64,000 bases of DNA from Macrostomum lignano. Its lineage: Eukaryota. Positions 1 to 8,727 of this stretch are shown piece by piece. Below the pieces are notes generated by a model. That model had not been told where the DNA came from. It did not search any database and saw only the letters and a list, made by a program, of their open reading frames with translations. Made by a program: the position numbers and the translations under genes. Where the stretch lies: positions 68,909 to 132,908 of the forward strand of contig NIVC01002219.1 of the NCBI GenBank assembly GCA_002269645.1, given 5' to 3'. The stretch's first letter is position 1; every line of letters starts with the position of its first letter.

Positions 1-405
1 GTCTCCAGAAGGACTGCCCCTGATAGATCTTAGAGGACTATCAGTGGTTTCCGGAGCTATACCTAGAGTGCATAGAGGCACTGCTAGAAGAAGGAGGCTT
101 AATTTAGACCGCAGTTTGGCGCAGGGTACCCATTGTTGCTACGAGGCCTCTGATTGGTCCTGACGGAAGATACCGGCCGGAAGAACTTATCGGAAGTACA
201 AGAGGAACCAGGACCAGAGCAACTGAAGAATCAAGGCGCCTGATCTACGAGATCTACTGACAAGTTCCTAGCGAGAACTACTCAAGAAATTCAAATCCGG
301 ATTAAAGGTAATTGAATACCTTCGTTTGACTTACTGGGTTGCCTAGCTGTTGAGCTAGAAGTGATGTTCTTGATTATCGAAAGTCGGGTAATAAGGAACA
401 CATCA
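1..405 (+). mobile_element. 5' LTR (3' part only)
   Basis: Nt 1-349 identical to 9740-10088; ends ...GAACACATCA (CA terminus), followed after 2 nt by TGG. Confidence 0.95.
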
Positions 406-407
406 AT

Positions 408-425
408 TGGTGATCTCGCCCTCTC
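408..425 (+). promoter_or_regulatory. Primer-binding site (tRNA not identified)
   Basis: TGGTGATCTCGCCC begins 2 nt after the LTR end; TGG is complementary to tRNA 3'-CCA. Confidence 0.75.
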
Positions 426-1121
426 GGCACTACTCAAACCTTGAGCAATAGCCTGGCCAAGCTATTGTAAAGTGACGACAGAGCGACTTCATTAATTTTG
501 CGCGCACGTGTTAGAGTTAACACTTTTTAAGTCCGTTACGTTTTGAAACTCGAGTAAAATTTGGTGTACAGGTTTGAGCACCTGTCAAATTTGAGTACAG
601 TTTGAGCACGCGTGTTAAAATTTTGTTTTGACGAGCTCGAGCAAGTGTGAGTTTAAAACAAAACCGAAATTAACTTCGTCGGTACACTGAAAACAAACCA
701 AAAATAAAAAGAATCGTCGACGCAAAACAAACAAAAAATAACTGAAACATTTTGCCGGCACAAAAACTAAAACAAAACCGAAATTAATTGAAACTTCGTG
801 GAGAGCAGAGTTAATTGACAAAAGAGAGAGAGTCAAAGAAGAGAAGAAAGACTTTGCAAAGCAAGAAGACAAGTCCACTTCAACTTGAAGATACACTTTG
901 CGGGACGCCGCATAAGTGCGAAATCAGCAAGCGAACAGAACAAGTTCATTTGAGGACAACCAGTGGCAGCAAGCCACACCGCATCCGAGGCCAGCGAATA
1001 ACAAATCGACACCACAAGGCAATTCGTTACAGTCGAGGTTTATTCCGAGGCAAACACCACACTGGACGATCCGTTACAAATCGATCCAGATCTTGAACTA
1101 CCGTTCTACCCTATCAACAAC

Positions 1122-4121
1122 ATGGCGCGGCGCAATCCAACGGTACACAGAGACATCAAAGAAACGGTCGGTACTTTCTCGATGGAGAAAGATTTTAACA
1201 CATTTGTCGACCATTTTGACCTGGTATGTAGGGAATACAACCTACAAAATCCAGAGAAGGCACAGCTGCTGCCACCTCTTCTCCAAGGTACTGCGCGAGA
1301 AATTTACGGCAAGCTGGATGCGGCAACACAGCAAAATTATCCAGCACTAATCATTCAACTGCGCGCGCATTTCAACCGTTGCGGCACAAACAGATCAGTG
1401 CTGCTGCACAAGTTGCATAACAGAAGGATGCAAGCAACAGAATCCTTCCTCGCCTTTGTGGACGATATCCGCCAGATAATTAAGGCACTGCATCAGCCAC
1501 CGCTGCAAGCTGCGGACCAACCACCACTGGGAGCGGCAGAATTGGCCGCCAGAGAAAGACAACGATTGATGGATCGTGAACAAAACCTCATCCTGCACGT
1601 AATAAACAACGCACAGCCGTCACTTCGGGATAGACTTTTGCGTGAAAATATCGAAACCGAAGAAGACCTTTTGCGTTGCGGAATGCAATGGGAAGCCAGT
1701 GCCCCATTAATGACGACAGGCAACAATGAAGTGCAGAAACTGACGCAGCAACTAAACAAGTTAATGCAGCACCAGACAGCTGCTATCGCCGAACAAAAAA
1801 GACGAAATGAACAAGCCTCAGCCAGATGTTACTACTGCGGACAAGAAGGACATTATCAGATTAATTGTCCTCATTGGTCAACAAGATACGACAAGCCGCG
1901 ACAGATATTCAACAATCAGAAGCCGCAGAAACCATGGCAGCAATATCAAAATCGCCAACAACAAGGCATAAGACGCTTCGGAAATGATAGACGCTTCGGA
2001 AATAATGACCGCTCCGGAAATGATGGCCGCTTCGGAAACGAAGGCCGCTTCAGAAGTAATGGCTACAGGCCACGCAACGTCAGATACACACAAAGACAGC
2101 CGACGCAAGCAATGCCACGATACGCGAATGCCATCACGTACACACCGGAAAATGAACAGCAAGAACAGCAAGTGTTCACAATTGACGACTTGGAAATGGA
2201 CTTCACAGTCCCGGAACTTGACATCAGCTTGATCGAAAAGAAGACGACGCACGAGGACAACACTGACAACACGAAAGAGACGAATGAAACCGAAATGATC
2301 AAATTAAAAGAGACCACCGGAGACAGCAGAGAAAACAGGAAGAAAGTAAATCACAAGACAAGGGAGGAGGCGGAGAGCGACATCGGCAACGAAGAAAAGA
2401 TGAAAACCGGCGAAGAAAACAACTATGAATCGACAACAGTGGATGACGACAAAACGAGCATGAAAGACAAAGAAATGAAAGAAGAAGAAGAATGTAGAAG
2501 TTACGGCAACGACCACGACTGCGAGGTGCGTGATGACACGAACGACTACCAAGCCGAAAGAGGAATGCAGGAAGAACCGAGAGCGGAGAATCTAAGTTCC
2601 GACAGCGATCAAGGCTACGAAATACAATGGAAAGATGAAGAAATGGAAAAAGAACAGGTGAAAGAAAAGCCGAGTTCCGACAGCGACGAATGCTACGAGA
2701 TCCGATACAAACGAAATGGTGAAGCCTATATTCAAACGGTCGACTACAAGACAGAGAAAAGATACCAAACGCAATGGAGTGAAACAACGGAAACATCGGA
2801 AGAAGCCGCAGACGAAGATAATGAAATAACCAAAAAGCAAAGCGAATCAGAAGCCTTCCGCCTGGATCAGCCAATGGAACAACCGAAAGAATATGATGCG
2901 GACATGGAAGATAACGAATGGCGATCGCAGCCAATGCCAGCAAGGACAACGGCAAAATCCAAGAAGTGGAAAAACTGGCTATTCTGGATCATCGTGATAC
3001 TACTGATAGCAGTAGTCGCCAAAGCAACGGCAACGGAAAAGCCAATGATTTGTCCAACGGATGCGCATATCCAACCGATGATCTACAAGATACCAACCGA
3101 CATCAAATGCAGTTACTTCAAGACAAACCAGACAAAACCAAAGAAGATTACACTCGATCTCTACAAGGCTAACATCAAGAAGCATCGACAACACGGGATA
3201 GTATGCTTCAGAGACAAGCACCTGGTGGAAAAAGTTTGGCGCGGACAATGGAACCGGATCCGATTTAAACAACATGAGCTACATGTGTCGCACGCGGAAT
3301 GCCTACAATGGAATCAAACACTATTTTCAAAGGATGGTGAACTGGAACCAGATGAGAAGGTCGGCAACGCACAGCTGTTCAGAACAAAGAATTCAGCCAA
3401 CGGTCGATATATTCACTTCTTCGGAAAATGGAAAGAATATATGGCACGCAACAGCTACTTGATCAGAAATATTCCATTCTACTACAATCCGTACGAGAAA
3501 ATGGAATCGTTACAGCTGCAACTAAGCGAATGTCGATACAGTGAAGGATGGTGTCCAACGCCGATTCTACGGAAGGAAGAACTACACAGTCTACCACTGA
3601 GTCCAACATATCATCAAGACTATCGATGGCAGATTGAGCACAGAGCACAATCACACTATGAGGAACCGTACAAATCACGACAATATTTCTTCGCATGGAA
3701 AGTAGAGCCGGAAATTGACTGCAAGCTTCAAAAGTATCACAAAGTGGAAGGAGGACTACTGTCGAATACGTTTTTGGCAAAAGCAGGAGACTTGGCCTTG
3801 ACGTTTCAAAAGAAGCCGGTTGAACAGGAACTCAAATGCAAGGATACGGACAAGACGCTATTCATCTCGGAGCAAGAAATACCAGTCTACGTGAAGGATG
3901 GTGACAAACAAACCTTCCTGGCAATCATAAACGGAACATATCAGCAACAAGAGAGACAACGACGCGACATAGAACGTCCACGATTGGTGTCAAACCGACT
4001 GCTGTCAGCAAAGATCACGGCGCTGGATCACAACCTGCATAACCAGCTTAACCACTTACATCGGTCACTGGTTCAGCTGACTTGCAAAATGCACGCAATC
4101 AACTTGAACTACGCAAGTTAG
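1122..4121 (+). CDS. gag: Gag::Env-like polyprotein, part 1 (999 aa): capsid-like region, CCHC knuckle, acidic spacer, internal signal/TM, glycoprotein ectodomain
   Basis: Gypsy-type capsid region (FVDHFDLVC...LLQGTAREIY); CYYCGQEGHYQINC at 1827-1868; hydrophobic WLFWIIVILLIAVVAKATA at 2976-3032; Cys-spaced ectodomain with N-glycosylation sequons (NQT, NGT); furin-type RQRR at 3954-3965. Confidence 0.9.
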   Translation: MARRNPTVHRDIKETVGTFSMEKDFNTFVDHFDLVCREYNLQNPEKAQLLPPLLQGTAREIYGKLDAATQQNYPALIIQLRAHFNRCGTNRSVLLHKLHNRRMQATESFLAFVDDIRQIIKALHQPPLQAADQPPLGAAELAARERQRLMDREQNLILHVINNAQPSLRDRLLRENIETEEDLLRCGMQWEASAPLMTTGNNEVQKLTQQLNKLMQHQTAAIAEQKRRNEQASARCYYCGQEGHYQINCPHWSTRYDKPRQIFNNQKPQKPWQQYQNRQQQGIRRFGNDRRFGNNDRSGNDGRFGNEGRFRSNGYRPRNVRYTQRQPTQAMPRYANAITYTPENEQQEQQVFTIDDLEMDFTVPELDISLIEKKTTHEDNTDNTKETNETEMIKLKETTGDSRENRKKVNHKTREEAESDIGNEEKMKTGEENNYESTTVDDDKTSMKDKEMKEEEECRSYGNDHDCEVRDDTNDYQAERGMQEEPRAENLSSDSDQGYEIQWKDEEMEKEQVKEKPSSDSDECYEIRYKRNGEAYIQTVDYKTEKRYQTQWSETTETSEEAADEDNEITKKQSESEAFRLDQPMEQPKEYDADMEDNEWRSQPMPARTTAKSKKWKNWLFWIIVILLIAVVAKATATEKPMICPTDAHIQPMIYKIPTDIKCSYFKTNQTKPKKITLDLYKANIKKHRQHGIVCFRDKHLVEKVWRGQWNRIRFKQHELHVSHAECLQWNQTLFSKDGELEPDEKVGNAQLFRTKNSANGRYIHFFGKWKEYMARNSYLIRNIPFYYNPYEKMESLQLQLSECRYSEGWCPTPILRKEELHSLPLSPTYHQDYRWQIEHRAQSHYEEPYKSRQYFFAWKVEPEIDCKLQKYHKVEGGLLSNTFLAKAGDLALTFQKKPVEQELKCKDTDKTLFISEQEIPVYVKDGDKQTFLAIINGTYQQQERQRRDIERPRLVSNRLLSAKITALDHNLHNQLNHLHRSLVQLTCKMHAINLNYAS

Positions 4122-4868
4122 AACTACTATGTCAACCCTACGATGACATTTCGCAAGAACACGGGAATGAGAGAAGTTCTAGCAATTCCGATATATGGAC
4201 ATCTCCTGATATACAAGTGCACGCCGATACAGCACTTCAACATCTTACCGTCGAACACTCCAACAACTTGCTACGACAAGCCGAGAATTGAAGCATTCTA
4301 CGAAGGCAAAAGGATACAAGGATTCTTGGACACGGTACACAACATCATCGTTGGAACCGCAATACCAAGAACTTGCACCACTGCAGCAAACTACTATCAA
4401 CTGGACGATGCACTACATGTCATTAAAACGACAGGAACAACGGCAAACATCACAGAACCAGAGGTGATTGTCGATGAAACGTACGACATGGAGGATTTGA
4501 AGATACGATTCAACAGAACGAAGTACACACCATTCGCCGATATCCAACTCGATGAGATAACGCCAGGATGGACCATCAACGACTTCTTACAAGCGTTCAT
4601 CACTCAACGAAAGATGATTCGTCAACTCTTCACACGAAAGAATAAAGGAACGGGAACACGCAATTTCCCAGTCCTTGTATCGATGGACAACGCCATCCAA
4701 TCGTTTTGGACAAACAGCTTCTTGGAACTGCTTAACGGAAGAGGCAGCCTATATCAAGGCTTCATCTTCTACAGCGCCTGCGTTGTTTGGATAGTCACGG
4801 CGATCTTTATCATCTCGTCGATAGTACGATGCTTCAGCAACACTTGTCCACAGCGAAACGAACAGTGA
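4122..4868 (+). CDS. env: Env-like glycoprotein C-terminal part with TM anchor, in the same frame as 1122-4121 after a single TAG
   Basis: 4143-1122=3021 nt (multiple of 3), so ...NYAS*NYYVNPTMTFRK... is continuous; KCTP...CYDKP...C segment; TM FIFYSACVVWIVTAIFIISSIV at 4761-4826. Confidence 0.85.
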   Translation, partial: NYYVNPTMTFRKNTGMREVLAIPIYGHLLIYKCTPIQHFNILPSNTPTTCYDKPRIEAFYEGKRIQGFLDTVHNIIVGTAIPRTCTTAANYYQLDDALHVIKTTGTTANITEPEVIVDETYDMEDLKIRFNRTKYTPFADIQLDEITPGWTINDFLQAFITQRKMIRQLFTRKNKGTGTRNFPVLVSMDNAIQSFWTNSFLELLNGRGSLYQGFIFYSACVVWIVTAIFIISSIVRCFSNTCPQRNEQ

Positions 4869-7800
4869 ACGCCATCATGCAGAAGATACCAAGGAAGAAG
4901 ACAACAACTTGGAATTGACAGAGGATGCACGTCAAGAAACTCAAGGACAGCCGACACCATCAACGCGAATGTATCCATCGATTCCGACAACACCAACAGC
5001 ACCGAGAATTCAGCCACCTACTTATCAGCCTGAACAACACGAGCCAAAATGGCCGGAAAACTACGTCTGTACGCTACACGCCGAGATTGGCAAAGCAATG
5101 GCTCAGGTCATTGTCAACAACTTGCCATGTCGAGCACTACTGGATTCAGGCAGCTCGATCACAGTCATCTCGCAACAATTATGCAACAAGCTACGACTCG
5201 CGGTACGACCAGCAGCAATCGCAGTTGCAGGAGCAGGAGGACATTCACTCAACATCCTAGGAAAAGCAGATATCGACTTGAAAATTGCTAATAAACAGCT
5301 GACGGTCCCGACGTACATCATCGACAGACTACCAAACCAAGACGTCATCGTTGGAATCGACACGTTCAAGCAGCTTCAACTACCATTGACCTTCGACTTC
5401 AACAAGCAAACGTTTAGGATCGACACGGTGGAGCAACCGCTGATCAACCAGATTCGAGTACTACCGAAAGTAACTCTGCAGCAAGATGTCATTATCCAGC
5501 CTGAAAGCGCATGCTGGGTCAGAGCGAAAACGACCAGCGCGGCAGATGAAGCAATGATATTTGATCCACACAGGAGAGTCACGGCAAAACATCAAATCAT
5601 GATGCCTACGGCACTAGTGCTGGTTGCAAAGGATAAGCAACTGCCAGTACAAATCTTCAACCCGAACACAGAAACGGTTCATCTACGACAAGGAATGTGC
5701 ATCGGTCATCTCAACACCCAAGCATCGGTTATGCTGATTGAACAAGCGACTCCACGACTAACAGAGGAAGAATTTCAAAAGAAGATCAATTTGGATGACA
5801 GCCCGATTACGGAACAGCAAAAGAGGAAAGTTCGACAGCTGTTGTGGAAGTACAACGAAGCCTTCTGCCATCATGATTACGACATCGGACGAGCCAAGGA
5901 CATCAAACAGGAAATCAAACTTCTGCCGCACACGGAACCAATTCAGTGCAAGCCGTACCCGATCGCCAAGCATCTGCAACAACACTTTGACGAAATCATC
6001 GATAAAATGCTAAAGCACGGCATCATCAGCAAAGCTATTTCGGCTTACTCCTCACCGTGCCTACTGGTACAGAAGAAGGAGACAAACGAAAGACGACTCG
6101 TATGCGACTTCAGACTGTTGAACAAGTACATACCGACGGATCAGCAAAGCCTACCGAAGATCTCCGAACTACTAGCAAAGCTCAACACGGCAAAATTGTT
6201 CACGGTGTTCGACCTACGTCATGGATTTTGGCAAATTGAAATCGAGAAAGAGTCACGACAGTACACGGCTTTCAAAACCTACAATGGACAAGTATACGAG
6301 TACAATCGATCGCCGATGGGACTTAGCAACAGCCCAGCAACGATGAGTCGACTAACAGCATACATGCTAGCAGGATGCACGAACCTGCTGCACTATGTCG
6401 ACGACATTTTAGCCTACGGAGAGGATTTCGAGCGACTCTACGAAGCTACGGAGAAGGCCCTAGCGCTCATTCAACGCCAAGGTCTGAAGCTACAACCAAC
6501 TAAATGCAAATTCTTCCGAGACAACGTGCGTTACCTGGGACATCAGGTGACAGCCAAAGGAATCTCACCGGACCCAGACAACGTGGAAAAGGTGAAGAAG
6601 TTTCCTACGCCAACCAGTATAACGAAGGTCCAATCATTCCTTGGACTTGCGCAATACTTCAGGAAGTTCTTACCTAACTTCGCAAAGACAGCAAAGCCAC
6701 TGTACGACCTGCTCAAGTTCGACAAATGGAAGCAAGACAACTGGACACAGAGACAACAGGAAAGTTTCGACGAAATCAAACGACAGCTGACATCAGACGC
6801 ACTGCTACAGCATCCGGACTTCGACAAGCCCTTCATCATCGAGACAGACGCCTCAGGAACGGGACTCGGAGCAGTCCTACTACAGGAAACCGAGGACAAG
6901 AAGGAACGACCTATTGCTTACGTCAGTCGAGCACTCAAACCAAATGAGACAAAGTGGTCAGCTACGGAACGAGAGCTACTAGGAGTCTTGTTCGCCCTGC
7001 GACAGTTTCATTACTACATCTATGGTTCTCCAATACAGACGATAGTACGCACGGATCATGCACCATTGACCTACGTCGTAACTACAAAAGGACAGACCAA
7101 CAACCGACTCATCAGGATGACACTCAAGATCCAGGATTACAACTACAAACTCGTCTACAAACCAGGAATTACCAACAAAGCCGCGGACGCCCTGTCAAGA
7201 GCCTATGAAGTCAACGCCATTCATCCAATCCCTAACATCAAGGAGTTGGTGGATGAAACCGAGCGCGACAACTTCTACCAAGCGGTTAAAGACGACGACA
7301 AGAACATCAAACTCAGTCCCATGGAACGAAAATTCCTACGCAAGCAACGACAACACCTAACAATCAATAAGTCACGGCTCTACTGGATGAGCGACAATAA
7401 ACCCAAGATCTACGTACCATATTCGTTTCGGCAAGCAATTCTCAACGAGCTGCACGACAACCCACTCGCTGGACACCTGTCGGCCGCAAAGACCATCGCG
7501 AGAGTGGAACAATACTACTTTTGGCCAACTATGTACGGCGACATCAAGCAGTATTGCAACAACTGCCATTCATGTGCTGCATCAAAGACAGGACGACGAC
7601 AGAAACCGCAGCTACAGTCCATTCCGAAGTCGACTACAATGGACTGTCTAAGCATCGACATCACCGGACCACTGCCACCGAGCTGTCTCCAGGGCATCGC
7701 CTACACCTACATTCTAACCGCCTTGGATATCTTCTCGAAGTTTGCTATCGCCATACCGATACCGGACATCACAGCTCAGACAGTGGCAATGAGTTTCTTC

Positions 7801-8607
7801 AACGAAATCATTTGCAAGTACGGCACGCCGAAGAACCTCACATCGGACAACGGATCGCAGTTTACATCGCAACTGTTTCAGCAAGTCGTAAGGATTCTCA
7901 ACATTACGCAGATCTACACATCGACCTACAATCCGAAGGCAAACATGGTTGAACGGTTTCACCGCAACCTGCACGAGATGATTACACATTTCGCGCACCA
8001 ACAGCCGGAAGACTGGATCATCTACCTGCAATCTGTAACAATGGCCTACAACAGCGCTATTCATCGATCAACGGACAATACGCCATTCTTCCTAATGTTT
8101 GGACGAGACTTCCAACCGCCGAATCTGCTCGCACAGCAATTGCTACCATCGCAGTACGTGGAAGTACCGACTTCCATTCAGAAATTCGTCACGCAACTAC
8201 ACCTCGCATGGAAGATCGCCAAGCACAACATTGACAACCAGGTGGCTCTGACCACCGGCAACGACGCGAGATCGACAACCCTGACGGCCGGCGACATCGT
8301 CTACCTACACTACCCGCCACAGCAGACGCATAAACATGCACAGAAGTACAAAGGACCCTATCGAGTGGTCCAACTAACGTCACCAACAACGGCACGCCTG
8401 GCTAATGTACAAGATCCACATCAGCACCAGTTCTACGTACACATTCATCGACTAAAGAAGATCAACACTGACACAGCGACGTTTCTACCGACATTAGACA
8501 ACGCTGATCGCACGCGTTCAACGAACCGCCACATCGCGACGAAGCACGAGGAGACTCAAACGACAGATGTGAGCCAGCCACATGGCTACAACCTACGACC
8601 ACGCTAG
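4825..8607 (+). CDS. pol: Pol polyprotein (aspartic protease, RT, RNase H, integrase); frame open from 4825, first ATG at 4969
   Basis: ALLDSGS (D at 5143); YVDD at 6394-6405; IETDASGTGLGAVL and TDHAPL RNase H motifs; HDNPLAGH...CNNC HHCC; SIDITG/SDNGSQF/VERFH DDE; GPY motif; C-terminal YNLRPR; no internal stops. Confidence 0.97.
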   Translation, partial: YDASATLVHSETNSERHHAEDTKEEDNNLELTEDARQETQGQPTPSTRMYPSIPTTPTAPRIQPPTYQPEQHEPKWPENYVCTLHAEIGKAMAQVIVNNLPCRALLDSGSSITVISQQLCNKLRLAVRPAAIAVAGAGGHSLNILGKADIDLKIANKQLTVPTYIIDRLPNQDVIVGIDTFKQLQLPLTFDFNKQTFRIDTVEQPLINQIRVLPKVTLQQDVIIQPESACWVRAKTTSAADEAMIFDPHRRVTAKHQIMMPTALVLVAKDKQLPVQIFNPNTETVHLRQGMCIGHLNTQASVMLIEQATPRLTEEEFQKKINLDDSPITEQQKRKVRQLLWKYNEAFCHHDYDIGRAKDIKQEIKLLPHTEPIQCKPYPIAKHLQQHFDEIIDKMLKHGIISKAISAYSSPCLLVQKKETNERRLVCDFRLLNKYIPTDQQSLPKISELLAKLNTAKLFTVFDLRHGFWQIEIEKESRQYTAFKTYNGQVYEYNRSPMGLSNSPATMSRLTAYMLAGCTNLLHYVDDILAYGEDFERLYEATEKALALIQRQGLKLQPTKCKFFRDNVRYLGHQVTAKGISPDPDNVEKVKKFPTPTSITKVQSFLGLAQYFRKFLPNFAKTAKPLYDLLKFDKWKQDNWTQRQQESFDEIKRQLTSDALLQHPDFDKPFIIETDASGTGLGAVLLQETEDKKERPIAYVSRALKPNETKWSATERELLGVLFALRQFHYYIYGSPIQTIVRTDHAPLTYVVTTKGQTNNRLIRMTLKIQDYNYKLVYKPGITNKAADALSRAYEVNAIHPIPNIKELVDETERDNFYQAVKDDDKNIKLSPMERKFLRKQRQHLTINKSRLYWMSDNKPKIYVPYSFRQAILNELHDNPLAGHLSAAKTIARVEQYYFWPTMYGDIKQYCNNCHSCAASKTGRRQKPQLQSIPKSTTMDCLSIDITGPLPPSCLQGIAYTYILTALDIFSKFAIAIPIPDITAQTVAMSFFNEIICKYGTPKNLTSDNGSQFTSQLFQQVVRILNITQIYTSTYNPKANMVERFHRNLHEMITHFAHQQPEDWIIYLQSVTMAYNSAIHRSTDNTPFFLMFGRDFQPPNLLAQQLLPSQYVEVPTSIQKFVTQLHLAWKIAKHNIDNQVALTTGNDARSTTLTAGDIVYLHYPPQQTHKHAQKYKGPYRVVQLTSPTTARLANVQDPHQHQFYVHIHRLKKINTDTATFLPTLDNADRTRSTNRHIATKHEETQTTDVSQPHGYNLRPR

Positions 8608-8727
8608 AGTTTAGAGAACAACCCCGTGTAGTGACCGGGATAAAGAATAGCACTACAGCTTCGCAAGCTTGTCGTAAAAGGCGACTAATCCGAGCGACAC
8701 AAAGACAGCGACAAATTGACGACAATT

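Noticed and set aside
615-1350. Short ORFs in the retrotransposon leader (615-896, 815-1096, 916-1350)
   Set aside because: No recognisable motifs; they overlap an A-rich leader or alternative frames of gag.
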